From: Octopus bimaculoides
Lineage: Eukaryota
Reading direction: 5' to 3'
NCBI RefSeq assembly: GCF_001194135.2
Contig: NC_068995.1
Location: forward strand, 35,914,871 to 35,951,552
DNA: 36,682 bases
Every line of letters begins with the position of its first letter. Within the stretch, counting starts at the first letter, position 1. The translations under genes and the position numbers were made by a program. Below are positions 11,272 to 22,649 of this stretch, piece by piece. The notes under the pieces are model-generated. The model ran no database searches and was not told the origin of the DNA. It was given only the letters and a program-made list of their open reading frames with translations.

Positions 11272-11489
11272 CCTTTTAGCATTTAAACCGGCCATATCCA
11301 GCCAAGATATTCTACCTTCTTTATGCTTGAACTGGCCAAATCTGGCTCCTCACACCTACCCTACAATGTCATTCTAAAAATAAACAATCACATCATCAAA
11401 ATCTCAGAACTATAAGATAACTTGTGATTAATTCAAAACAATGTGCATGAATAAGCATTATGTTTGACAATAATCTGAATGCTAAAAGA
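11272..11489. mobile_element. piggyBac-type MITE 2
   Basis: TTAA|CCTTTTAGCATT ... AATGCTAAAAGA|TTAA (11490-11493); same family as 3337-3951 and 20195. Confidence 0.8.
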
Positions 11490-11924
11490 TTAACAATACT
11501 ATTGGACATCAGAAAAGCATGTTTACTTTGATTTTTTCTTGCATTTGATGGTATAAAAGATGCATGGGCATATAAAACGTACCCCAATTTCAATAACACA
11601 TATTCAGGAAAACAGTTTTTAGTGCATTAAAGCATGTAATATAGGATCTTCTTTGCATGATAGAAGGTGATTTTTGGGGACTCTTTTGGGAAAAAAAGAA
11701 AATTTTAAATGCCATCAAATATTGTAATTAAACCCAATTATTTTAAAGAGAATAACAATGCCAAAGAATATGTTTTTAAAAGGAATCAAAAGGAAATATG
11801 GTTAGAAAAAGGGTGAATGTAGAAAACAGATAAAGGAAGTTAAGGAATTTACAAGTTGGTGGATTATGGAAAAAAAAGAGTTTCCATATCTGGGATCATT
11901 CTAAGTTATATCTTGTGAAGAATA

Positions 11925-12060
11925 GGAAGGGCATCCAGCCGTAGAAACCATGCCAAATCAGACTGGAACTTGATGCAGCTCTCCAGTTTACCTGTTTCAA
12001 TCAAACCATGTAACCCATGCCAGCATCGAAAGCAGATGCTAAATGAAGATGATGAGGATG
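11925..12060 (+). mobile_element. Old RTE-type 3' end
   Basis: aggaagggcatccagccgtagaaacc...cccatgccagcatcgaaagcagatgctaaatgaagatgatgaggatg. Confidence 0.7.
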
Positions 12061-12061
12061 T

Positions 12062-12590
12062 TGACTATATAGACCCAAGTGCTCCACTGGGACTTATTTT
12101 ATCAACCTCCAAAAAAAAATCAAAGGCAAAGTTGACCTTGGTGGAGTATGAACTCAAGACATAAAGCCAAAAGAAACACCACCGAGCATTTTTGTCTGAC
12201 TTGCACATAAAATACACCATTTTGAGCGTGGCCGTTGCCAGTACCACCTGACTGGCCTTCGTAGGATTTTTGAGCGAGATCGTTGCCAGTGCCCCTGGAT
12301 TGGCTCTTGTGCGGGTGGCACATAAAATACACCATTTTGAGCGTGGCCGTTGCCAGTACCGCCAGACTGGCCTTCGTGCGGGTGACACGTAAAAGCACCC
12401 ACTACACTCTCTGAGTGGTTGGTGTTAGGAAGGGCATCCAGCTGTAGAAACTCTGCCAAATCAGATTGGAGCCTGGTGTTGCCATCCGGTTTCACTAGTC
12501 CTCAGTCAAATCGTCCAACCCATGCTAGCATGGAAAGCAGACGTTAAACAATGATGATGATGATGATGCTAATGATTCCACCAATTTTCC
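12062..12590 (-). mobile_element. SINE family D, interrupted by the RTE at 12201-12567
   Basis: aaggcaaagttgaccttggtggagtatgaactc...gcatttttgtctgac|RTE|gctaatgattccacc is collinear with the intact copy at 36294-36494. Confidence 0.6.
12201..12567 (+). mobile_element. 5'-truncated RTE 3' end (module order A-B-A)
   Basis: Three GCCAGT-N8-ACTGGC-type hairpins, pseudoknots at 12308-12333 and 12375-12400, (GAT)n tail. Confidence 0.85.
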
Positions 12591-12828
12591 ACCTTCATTC
12601 ATCCTATAATTACAAACAGTGATGACAACGAGGATCTGTGTGATGACATCATTCACTGTGATGAATAAGGTTTGTTCAGTTAGCATTGAAGACAATTAGC
12701 AGTATGATTTTATAGGGTTTTAATGAACGTTTATGTTTGAAATGCTCAAGATTTACATGTCATTGTAATTTAAAGCTTTACTAAATTATAATTTCTGTTT
12801 TGTATACATAAATAAATAAATAAGCTAT

Positions 12829-12994
12829 AGGTGCAGGGCATGACTGCGTCATAAGAAGTTTGCTTTCCAACAACGTGGTTTTGGGTTCAGTCCTATTTCA
12901 TGGCACCTTGGGCAAGTGTTTTCTACTAAAGCCCTGGATCAACCAAAGCCTAAGTGAGTGGATTTGATATATTTATATACCATCATATTGATAT

Positions 12995-13034
<40 letters not shown>

Positions 13035-13041
13035 TCATATA

Positions 13042-13075
<34 letters not shown>

Positions 13076-13120
13076 TGGATTCGGTAAACAGACAGAAACT
13101 GAGAAAGTTCATCATGTTTG
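12829..13120 (+). mobile_element. SINE family B 5' part with (TA)n-rich insertion
   Basis: tRNA-like head at 12829; AGTGGATT duplicated at 12957-12964 and 13074-13081 around a TA-rich tract. Confidence 0.65.
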
Positions 13121-13365
13121 TGTGTGTGTGTGTGAGTACATAGATGTGCACGTGTTGCTGTCTCCTTGCCTCAGCATCATGTAATAAACAGTAAGGTGAC
13201 ATTGGCAGAGGTTAGGGTCAGTCAAGATAAAAGCAAAACAGCAAGTATTAAATGTCCACAGGAAGTACAGGGTTGCATTTCCTTAGTCAGATGTGTGTTT
13301 TCAATGTAAATACTGAATACTATTGTTATCATGACTGTAAGTCATTGTTTATTCATTTAGAGCAT

Positions 13366-14280
13366 ACTTGCCCAAGGTGCCACGCAGTGTGACTAAACCC
13401 GGAACCATGTCATTCGTAAGCAAGCTACTTACCACACAGCCACTCCTACACCTATACATATATATATATATTTATCTTTTACTTGTTTCAGTCATGTCAC
13501 AGTGGCCATGCTGGGGCACCACCTTCAAGGGTTTTAGTCAAACAAATCAACCCCAGGACTGCTAAGTTACAGGGATATAAACATTAATACCAGGTGTCAA
13601 ATGGTGATGGGGGAGGGGGAACACAGACACAAAGACACATGTAGATATATACATATATGTATATATCTACATACGTATATACATACATAGATACATACAT
13701 ATATGTACACAGGCAGGCAGACAGATATCATAGGCTTCTTCCTGTTTCCATCTACTAAATCCACTCACAAGGTTTTGGCAGGCCCGAGGCTATAGTTGAA
13801 GACACTTGCCCAAGGTGCCACGCAGTAGGACTGAACCTGGAACTATGTAGTTAGGAAGCAAGTATCTAACCACACAGCTATACCTGCACTTATATCTTTT
13901 ATCTTAATCTTTTACTTGTTTCAGTCATTAGACTGCAATTGTGGTGGGGCACTACCCTGAAGAACTTTTAGTCAGAGAAATCAACCCCAGTACACATTTT
14001 TTTTTCTAAGCCTGGTACTTATTCTATTGGTCTCTTTTGCCGAACTGCTAGGTTATGGGGGTGTAAACAAACCAACACTGGTTGTCAAGCAGTGGTGGGG
14101 GGCAAACCCAAACACAAAGACACACTTATATGATCAGCTTCTTTCTGTTTCTCTCAACCAAATTCATTCACAAGGCTTCGGTCAGCCCAAGTAGAAAACA
14201 ATTCCCCAAGATGCCATGCAGTGGAACTGAACCCAGAATCATGTGATTAGGAAGCAAACTTCGTACCACACAGCCACACC
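13366..14280 (-). mobile_element. Three head-to-tail SINE family B copies (13366-13453 head only; 13473-13890; 13895-14280)
   Basis: Three accacacagc(c/t)ac head ends and two tcttttacttgtttcagtc tails in the same orientation. Confidence 0.8.
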
Positions 14281-14943
14281 TTTAGTTATTAAAGTTGTTT
14301 TGAATTATATAATTATGAATAACCCAGTTCTTTCAATAAAAATATTAGTTTGTTTATTTCTGCTGCTACTGAAAAAAAAAAAACCCCACAAGAAATCAAA
14401 CTGATCTGCACATTATGTATAAACATAATACCCCAACCTACATGAACTAGCAGCCAGATCTGTATTTGCAATAGAGAACACCTGTTTAAACTACGATAAT
14501 CTCATGTTAAGAACAGCTAGAACACTTGTTAAATCATTGCTTGGTTAGGTAGTTCTATAGCAAAGGCCTCCTTCAGCAAATCTGATCAGATCTAGCCAAC
14601 AATAGAAACAACTTGCTTGCTCATGCTATGGTACAGTGAAACTGTACAAAGCATTTACAACAACTTACACTTTCTTTACAACTGCATTTCTCTAATACCA
14701 AAACAGCAACAGTATATTGGTAGAAGTCATTCCATGGCACTTTCTTATTTCTTTCACTCTCTCTTTCTCTCTATCGCTTACATACACATATACATGGACT
14801 AGTGGATACCTGCACAAAATCTACAGGTGATAAACTTTCACTTGTTTGATTAATTACTCGCAGCAAACTATACTGAATATGATCAATTAAATGAAGTACA
14901 GGTTTCTCGTTGCCGCTTAATAAATAATAAAATAAACATTCAT

Positions 14944-15132
14944 AGGTGCAGGCATGGCTGTGTGGTAAGAAGCTTGCTTCCCAACCATATGGTTCAGAGT
15001 TCAGTTCCACTGTGTGGCACCTTGGGTAAATGTCTTCTACTATAACCCGAGGCTGATCAAAGCCATGTGAGTGAATTTGGTTGACAGAAACTGAAAGAAG
15101 TCTGTCATACATATATATATATATATATATAT
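14944..15132 (+). mobile_element. SINE family B 5' half ending in (TA)n
   Basis: aggtgcaggcatggctgtgtggtaagaagcttgcttcccaaccatatggttcagagttcagttccactgtgtggcaccttggg. Confidence 0.8.
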
Positions 15133-15500
15133 GGGTTTTTGAGCGAGATCGTTGCTGGTGCCCCTGAACTGGCTCTTGTGTGGGGTTGTTGTAGGATTTT
15201 CAAGCGAGATTGTTGCCGGTGCCCCTGGACTGGCTCTTGTGCGGGTGACACATGAGGTTTCTCGAGCGAGATGAGCATGGCCGTTGCCAGTACCACCTGA
15301 CTGGCCTTCGTGCGGGTGACACGTAAAAGCACCCACTACACTCTCTGAGTGGTTGGCGTTAGGAAGGGCATCCAGCTGTAGAAACTCTGCCAAATCAGAT
15401 TGGAGCCTGGTGTAGCCATCTGGTTTCACCAGTCCTCAGTCAAATCGTCCAACCCATGCTAGCATGGAAAGCGGACATTAAACGACGACGATGACGACGA
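15133..15500 (+). mobile_element. RTE 3' end with module order B-B-B/A
   Basis: gagcgagat occurs three times before the standard terminal module; (GAC/GAT)n tail. Confidence 0.85.
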
Positions 15501-16316
15501 CACACATATTAGTTTGTGGGGATATATTATCCAGGTGGATACCATGGTGAGACATAATTAGGTTCCAGTTTACAGCTAATCACATCAATCAGTATTTAAT
15601 GTCTCTAACTGCTATTAGTTGTCAATCACTCTGTGAGTTCCTCTGATGGGTAATTCCATGTTCAATTCACTGGACGGTAATATTGTCTGGAGTATATATT
15701 AGTAATAATTATAAAGAATATGGAGACTTGTTCATCCTCAAGATCTATTTTCTCTTATTTTACAATTTTTTACAGCATATTATAACGACCGTCATGTGTT
15801 TCCACTGCACAGACTACTGGCAGTTGCAGAAGCAACCTGTTACTATTAGCAATGCAGCTTCTTCAGAGTCTATCCATTTGGCAAGTCACAAAGCAAACTG
15901 AGTGGAGTTAGTTCTTTTGTTAATGTTCAGGGGGAGGTGGTGGTGGAGGTTATGTGGAGCTGAATCCTGATCTGTTTGCAGGCTTGTGTGGTTGACCTCA
16001 CTGTCTGAAGTTAGGGTTCAGTCTATTTGGATCAAGGTTAAGATTAGTGTTTCTGCATAGTCTTTTGTTCATTTTAGCACTTAGGTGTGCTGTAGTTTTG
16101 ATTTCAAGTGGTGCCTCTAGTGAAGAGTCCTTAACTGTTCACATATTTATTTTTATGGCTGTATTGCTGGTGTTCTGCCGTGTACATTGGATATGGTATA
16201 TGTTAGTTTGTTAGAGAGGACTATTCATTTTTTAGGTTCAGGGTATGTTTTTCTATCCATCATATCACACTCAACTGTGGATGGGGCATCGGCTATTCAC
16301 AACTGTCTTTATACTA

Positions 16317-16570
16317 TGTGTGTGTGTGTGTGTGTGTATGTGTGTATTGTTATGTCTCTGTTTGTTCCCCACCACCCCTTGACAACTGGAACTGGTGTGT
16401 TTATGACCTCCATATCTTAGTGGTTCAGCAAAAAAAAATTAATAAAGTAAGTACCAGGCCTTTAAAAAAAAGTGTTGGAGGGGTGGTCAATTCATTCAAC
16501 TAAAAATTTTTCAGGATGGTGCCCCAGGATAGCTGCAGTTTAATGGTTGAAACAAGTAAAAAAGGTAGAC
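16317..16570 (+). mobile_element. SINE family B 3' half
   Basis: (TG)n, then tgtttgttccccaccacccc...ggtgccccaggatagctgcagtttaatggttgaaacaagtaaaaaaggtag. Confidence 0.7.
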
Positions 16571-16669
16571 AAAAAAAAAGGAAGAAAAAAATATATACAT
16601 GACTACTCATGGTACTCTTTTGCAGACTACCATAATGACGAATAACAGTGACGAGGAGGAGGAGGAGGA

Positions 16670-17030
16670 GGTAGAAACTTATGATATAGAGGACAACTGG
16701 AAATTCTTAGGGGATAATCTACTTATGGTCAAATCTGTAGTTTGGGCAAGGTACCAAATCAGACCAAGAGTGGACATGGTGCTGAAACTGTGAAGTAGAG
16801 AAAAGCTTAAAAGCAAAGAGACAGGCTTGGAAGTATTAGAAGAATGGGGGTGCAGAGAATTATGTCAGGTAGCTTGAAGAAAAGCTAAGCAACAGGTATA
16901 TTTAGCAATGGGGAGAAGCAGAAAGGAAGAGATTTGTCAATGTTCTAAAGCATGAGGACCAGAGGTATGAGATATTCTGGATTGCAAGGCAGGGTATCAG
17001 AGAGAATCAAGATGTGAGTGAGAAGTGTAT
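16670..17030 (+). pseudogene. RTE LINE ORF2 fragment (EN-RT linker)
   Basis: IEDNWKFLGDNLL...RPRV / KRQAWK*KNGG / RKAKQQVYLAMGEAERKRFVNVLKHEDQRYEIFWIARQGIRENQDVSEKCM, with stops and frameshifts. Confidence 0.7.
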
Positions 17031-17331
17031 GTCATCATCATCATCATCATCGTCGTTTAACGTCCACTTTCCATGCTAGCATGGGTTGGACGATTTGACT
17101 GAGGACTGGTTAAACCAGATGGCTACACCAGGCTCCAATCTGATTTGGTAGAGTTTCTACAGCTGGATACCCTTCCTAATGCCAACCACTCCGAGAGTGT
17201 AGTAGGTGCTTTTACGTGCCACCGGCACGAAGGCCAGTCAGGTGGTACTGGCAACGGTCACGCTCAAATAGTGTATTTTACGTGCCAACTGCAAGGAGCC
17301 AGTTCGGCGGCACTGGCAACGATCTCACTCG
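17031..17331 (-). mobile_element. 5'-truncated RTE 3' end
   Basis: (ATC)n(GTC) tail; pseudoknot CGTGC-C-GGTG-GCACG-TAAAAG-CACC at 17205-17229. Confidence 0.85.
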
Positions 17332-17384
17332 GTATGCTTGCACTAAGTGATTCTGAAAAGAAAGAGACATGGAACTTGATTCTT

Positions 17385-17780
17385 TGAAAGATGAATTGGT
17401 TGATGAGGATTTAACTACATATCACAACTATTTACAATCATTGCACAATAACATGGTGGAGTGATTTCAAGATATTATTGCGCTGAATATTCCAAATTGG
17501 TATAGCAATCCATTTGAGGTTGATGCAGTTGACTGCAAGGATGACGTTCAGTAGGAATTGATAGAATTACAAAATGACAATGATGCCATAATGATGCGAT
17601 ATTGCCGTAATGGCAAAGAAGGTTCGTGGTACCATCAGAGCATATTGAATTTCTACCCCAATCTGTGGAAACATCTGAAATTACTTTTGCTTGCCTTCTC
17701 TACCTCATAGCTGGTTGAATCTGGTTTTAACCATGTTGGAACTTTATTTTCACATAAAAGAATTGGACTGGATGTGACAC
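17385..17780 (+). pseudogene. hAT (Buster/SCAND3/ZBED-like) transposase C-terminal fragment
   Basis: One frame with 3 stops: DEDLTTYHNYLQSLHNNMVE*FQDIIALNIPNWYSNPF...Q*ELIELQND...YPNLWKHLKLLLLAFSTS*LVESGFNHV...KRIGLDVT. This matches the hAT dimerization motif F.SSYLVE.GF. Confidence 0.75.
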
Positions 17781-18105
17781 AATGTACCACTTAATGTACC
17801 ACTTAATCAAAGGAGGATACACAAGCACTTAGGCTCTTGAAGATTGACGAAGTTGAAGCCTTGCTTGAACATCTTAACACCAATATCTGCAGGAAAAATC
17901 AGGATGGTAAGGATATTCGAGAGAACTATAGGACTGAGGAAGAATAATAAAATTTAAGGCAGAAGCAAGGGATGAAACGGACAAGCCAAGGAGGTTGCAT
18001 AAAGAAGTGGTGTGCAATTTGCCATTTCAGAGTAGTAGCCGTTGTAGTAATTAATAGAAGAGACAAATATAGCATGTCCAATGTAATAACCGTAGTGTGT
18101 TGGTG

Positions 18106-18185
18106 ATCATCATCATCATCATTTAACGTCCATTTTCTATGCTGGCATGGGTGGACAGTTTGACAGGAGCTGGCAAGCCAGAGGA
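18106..18185 (-). mobile_element. Short RTE 3' tail
   Basis: (ATC)n tttaacgtccattttctatgctggcatgggtggac on plus. Confidence 0.7.
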
Positions 18186-18197
18186 ATGCACCTAGAA

Positions 18198-18725
18198 GAA
18201 CTTGTGGAAGAAATAGACCCAGGAATACCTGGGATGAAGCACAACCTTCAAACATTGAGCCTCACAGAGGTAATGACAAGTGACTGAGACCATTGGAGAT
18301 ATGCTGTGTTTGGGAAGTCCCGGCAAGCCAAGTGAGATCTTATCTGCAGCCAATGCCAGTGTCGCATAACTGACCCATTTAAAAGTACCCTTTAATCATC
18401 AGGCAATATGCTGTGCTTGAGAAGACTTGTTGAGTCAAGCGGAATCGTGATGGTTGATGCCAGTGCCACCTGACTGGCTCCTGTGCTGGTGACATGTAAA
18501 AAGTACCATTCGAATGTGGGCGTTGCCAGTGCTGCCTGGCTGACCCCCATGCCGGTGACATGTAAAAAGCATCCACTACACTCTCGGAGTGGTTGGCATT
18601 AGGAAACCTTGCCAGAAGAGATTGAAGCCTGATGCAACCTCCTGGCTTGCCAGTCCTCAGTTAAACCGTCCAACCCATGCCAGAACAGAAAGCAGACATT
18701 AAACAATGATGACGATGCTGATGAT
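18198..18725 (+). mobile_element. Older RTE 3' end with ORF2 C-terminus and duplicated UTR modules
   Basis: TCGRNRPRNTWDE / HNLQTLSLTEVMTSD*DHWRYAVFGKSRQAK* (stop 18333-18335), then hairpin/pseudoknot units at 18482 and 18548 and a (GAT)n tail. Confidence 0.75.
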
Positions 18726-19009
18726 CCCAAGTCAGACTGGTTCTTTCATTTGTGTAGTGACAGAATGATTGATGTTGTTGAATGAAACAAAGTCTTTCTA
18801 ACTTTTCAGGATGTTTGTGAGATCTCTATTAAAGGATGCAGCACATCCATTAATAGCTTGAAGTAACTACAATATTTGTAATTTTAAGTGAGCCCATATC
18901 ATAAGTCAGACTTCACCATTTCAAAGTGAGATTGATAAATCCCAAATGAGACTTGGCCACTTCAAAATGAGACCAGCTATTTCAACATAGAATAACAGAA
19001 AAATAGTTT

Positions 19010-19420
19010 TACTCTTTACTCTTTTACTTGTTTCAGTCATTTGACTGCGGCCATGCTGGAGCACCGCCTTTTTTTTTTTAGTCAAGCAAATCGACCCCAG
19101 GACTTATTCTTTGTAAGCCTAGTACTTATTCTATCGGTCTCTTTTTGCCGAACCGCTAGTTTACAAGGACGTAAACACACCAGCATCGGCTGTCAAGCGA
19201 TGGTGGGGGGGGGGGACAAACACAGACACACAAACACACATATATATATATATATATATATACGACAGGCTTCTTTCAGTTTCCGTTTACCAAATCCACT
19301 CACAAGGTTTTGGTCGGCCCGAGGCTATAGTAGAAGACATTTGCCCAAGGTGCCACGCAGTGGGACTGAACCCGGAACCATGTGGTTGGTAAGCAAGCTA
19401 CTTACCACACAGCCACTCCT
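19010..19420 (-). mobile_element. Full-length, young SINE family B
   Basis: Minus head aggagtggctgtgtggtaagtagcttgcttaccaaccacatggttccgggttcagtccc (tRNA A/B-box-like), central (TA)/(TG)n, (TAAAAGAG)n tail. Confidence 0.9.
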
Positions 19421-20194
19421 TTCTTTAAATAGAAAATATAACTTCAAGACATCATTTGTATTGTCAACAAACTTTGTTAATTATAGGTTTTCAGCAACCA
19501 AACAACAGGGCAAAAATCTCATCATGGCTGTAATATTGTATACTGTACCTCTCTTGACCTCTACCCACCCCAATATTTGATGGAATCACAGGGCTTCTGC
19601 ATGATATATGACACATCTAGACCATTTTGAACATAATGGAGCCTTACCATCTCTTTCCAGAGAGAAGAATCAACCCCAGTATATGACTGGTATGAAGGGG
19701 AAAGCTGACCTCAGTAGAATCTGACCTCAGAATACAGGAAGCTGAAATGAATACCACAAGGCTTTCTAACAGATGCACTAACTCTTAAAACTCACTACCC
19801 ATCACACATTTTATTGAAGCATAATTCCATAGAAAAGAAGCTATACAGAGAAAATAACTCTCGCTGTGAATTTAAAAAAAAAAGGAGGGCAGAGCCTTGT
19901 TTTTGTTTACACAACATAAAATTTGTTGGATTATGTAAAACTGAATTTAAGTCCATAAACTGAGAACATTTTGTACTTAAGAGTACTGAGGTACATAATA
20001 CATATTTTTCAATGAGATTAGATTGTGTGCTCTGCATGTATTTAGCATGCTATTGCTTGACAAAGAAAACACGAAGGAACTCATTTATAATTAGCCCCAT
20101 TAACAAGAATTTCTAAGTCTTTTATATTCAGGAAATTTAACAAAGAGAAAACCCTTGCAAAATTTACATTAAACTGAATTGTTTCAGGTTTTAA

Positions 20195-20275
20195 CCCTTT
20201 AGCATTCAGATTATTCACATTGTTTTGACTTAATCATGTATTGTCTTGTAGCTTTGAGATATCAATGATATGGTT
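20195..20275. mobile_element. Partial piggyBac-type MITE 2 (one end)
   Basis: TTAA|CCCTTTAGCATTCAGATTATT as at 3337. Confidence 0.6.
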
Positions 20276-20704
20276 GCTACCCTGCAGGTGAAGGGGGAAT
20301 CAAGAATGACGTTATTTGCAGTAAATAGGCTGTTAAATTATAGGAGGAGGAGAGCAAGACATAAAAAAATCTTTGATAGAAAGTTAAACAGAGCTCCACC
20401 TACACACAATGCAATGAAACAATAAACTGGAAATCAACACAATAAGATAATAACAATAACTAAAAGGATTTCAAACCAAACCCATTTGAAAGGCTTTAAT
20501 GAAGTCAAGGGTAATAATCTTACTTTCCATTATGTTGTCAAAGGCAAGAAACAACTGATATATGATATAAGAAAGAGATCAAGTCTCCCATAAGTTTATC
20601 TCTGCAGATGATGCACTGGTGGCCATCCCAAGGAGGAAGAGAAACTGAAGTTGATGAAGGAGTTAGTTTAGAACCAACACTATTACCTTAGAAATTTTGG
20701 AAGT

Positions 20705-21000
20705 GAAGGTAATACATTTCTTTTATTAGCCACACAGGGCTCAACACAGATGGGACAAATACAATGTAGAGCTTTTCTTTTTGGGAGGGAGAAGGAGAAA
20801 AAAAAGGGGGGGTTGATCAAAAGGGATCGTAGGGAAGAAAAAAAGGGGGGAGTTCGATCAGAAGGGATTGGGGGGAAAAAAAAAAAAGCGATCAATAGGG
20901 ATCGTGTATCACAGTAATGTTCTCGTGTAAAAAAGGGGAGGACAGTTTAGGTTTAGCCGTGGAAAGAAAAGCCTACAGAAAAGACCACGGTAACTTTGGT
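20705..21000 (-). mobile_element. Probable LINE 3' UTR (L1/Tx1-like?)
   Basis: Minus strand is a pyrimidine-rich tract ending gttgagccctgtgtggctAATAAAagaaat; family not determinable by eye. Confidence 0.3.
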
Positions 21001-21481
21001 CAATATTGTCATTGTTATTGAAGAAACTATAACAGTAAGTGACTCTCTTTTGCCTTTTTGCTTTTTTTGTTTTTTTCTTGATAAGGTAATAGATCAGGAG
21101 TTGGAAGGATAAGAAACATAGCCATTCTTATGATTGACACAGTGAAGTGTGTACAAGCAAACTGAACAGGCCGATGACATTAAGAATGATAGGCAGGCTG
21201 CTAATATATATAAGTACCAGTTATGTCTTCAAGCTACATACTGATCTCCTGTCACTAGGATCATAATGCCATACACAGATTCATTTCAGGAAAATTACTG
21301 GCCTTACACATCATGCTTAATTAAGTAGACAGAAACTAGATGCCTCACAATGCTTCCTTTATATGGTAACTGTCTGATTGGTTCTGAATTCCATTTCAAT
21401 AAGATCTTCATCACCTTCCTCATGCAACATGACATCAATAAATACAATCAACAAGTGTGAAATCATACATAGAGCCCTTCC

Positions 21482-21657
21482 CGTTGTAAGTAGCTTGCTT
21501 ACCAACCACATGGTTCCGGGTTTAGTCCCACTGCATGGCACCTTGGGTAAGTGTCTTCTACTATAGCCTCGGGCCGACCAAAGCCTTGTGAGTGGATTTG
21601 GTAGACAGAAACTGAAAGAAGCCCATCATATATATGTATATATATATATATATATAT
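21482..21657 (+). mobile_element. SINE family B 5' half (runs into gap)
   Basis: gtaagtagcttgcttaccaaccacatggttccgggtttagtccc, near-identical to the reverse complement of 19260-19410. Confidence 0.85.
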
Positions 21658-21931
21658 NNNNNNNNNNNNNNNNNNNNNNNNNNNNNNNNNNNNNNNNNNN
21701 NNNNNNNNNNNNNNNNNNNNNNNNNNNNNNNNNNNNNNNNNNNNNNNNNNNNNNNNNNNNNNNNNNNNNNNNNNNNNNNNNNNNNNNNNNNNNNNNNNNN
21801 NNNNNNNNNNNNNNNNNNNNNNNNNNNNNNNNNNNNNNNNNNNNNNNNNNNNNNNNNNNNNNNNNNNNNNNNNNNNNNNNNNNNNNNNNNNNNNNNNNNN
21901 NNNNNNNNNNNNNNNNNNNNNNNNNTATATA

Positions 21932-21968
<37 letters not shown>

Positions 21969-22179
21969 GAAATAGTTTTCACCATTTCTTGTTTTTTTCT
22001 ACTCCTTTCAACTCTTAATTTATTCAGTTACAGTGTTTCACCTGCCCGCCTCCTTTACCTTCCTAATCTCTCCTACTAACAGCATTACCCTGCTGTCTTA
22101 CTATATTATACTTTACCCATGTTGCCTGAGATAAACCAGCTTTACTTTTCCAAATATACACCACTGCACCAAGTATTTT

Positions 22180-22400
22180 CTATGTCTTTGTGTGTGAGTA
22201 TACTTTTGTGTTTATTCTCACCAGCACTGCTTGACAACATATATTGATTTGTTTACATCTCCATAACATAGTGGTTCAGCAAAAGATAGTGACAAAATAA
22301 GTACCAGGCTTAAAAATAAGCAGTGGGGGCAATTTGTTCAACTAAACCTTTCAAGGCAGTGCCCCAGCATGACCACAAAAGATAAAGATAAAAGATATAG
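22180..22400 (+). mobile_element. SINE family B 3' half
   Basis: gcttgacaac...ggttcagcaaaag...ataagtaccaggc...aaggcagtgccccagcatgacc...aaaagataaagataaaag. Confidence 0.65.
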
Positions 22401-22649
22401 GAGGAGGTGCTGAGCGGTTCCTGGTTTCAAGGATACTGTGAAAGCCCAACCTTTCGAGTTCTTTTACAGGGCTTAGAAAAACTAAAGGACTACTGCAATA
22501 AGTGTGTGAATCTGAGAGAGGAATATGTTGAATAACATCATAATTAACTGATCCTCCTCTATTTTCTTTTACCCAAAGCCAGGGACTTTTCATCACCCCT
22601 CATATATGTGTGTGTGTGGGGGGGGGGTTATATTATAAATAAATTCATA

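Noticed and set aside
18905-18985. ~20-bp degenerate tandem (ttcaaa.tgaga...)
   Set aside because: Only 3-4 weak units; no further structure.
19330-19420. tRNA genes at SINE heads (also 7350-7432, 32300-32368, 36498-36565)
   Set aside because: A/B boxes are present but there is no complete cloverleaf, and each continues into a shared SINE body.
20290-20640. Possible RT remnant (KFISADDALVA)
   Set aside because: A single short ADD-like motif with no supporting upstream motifs.
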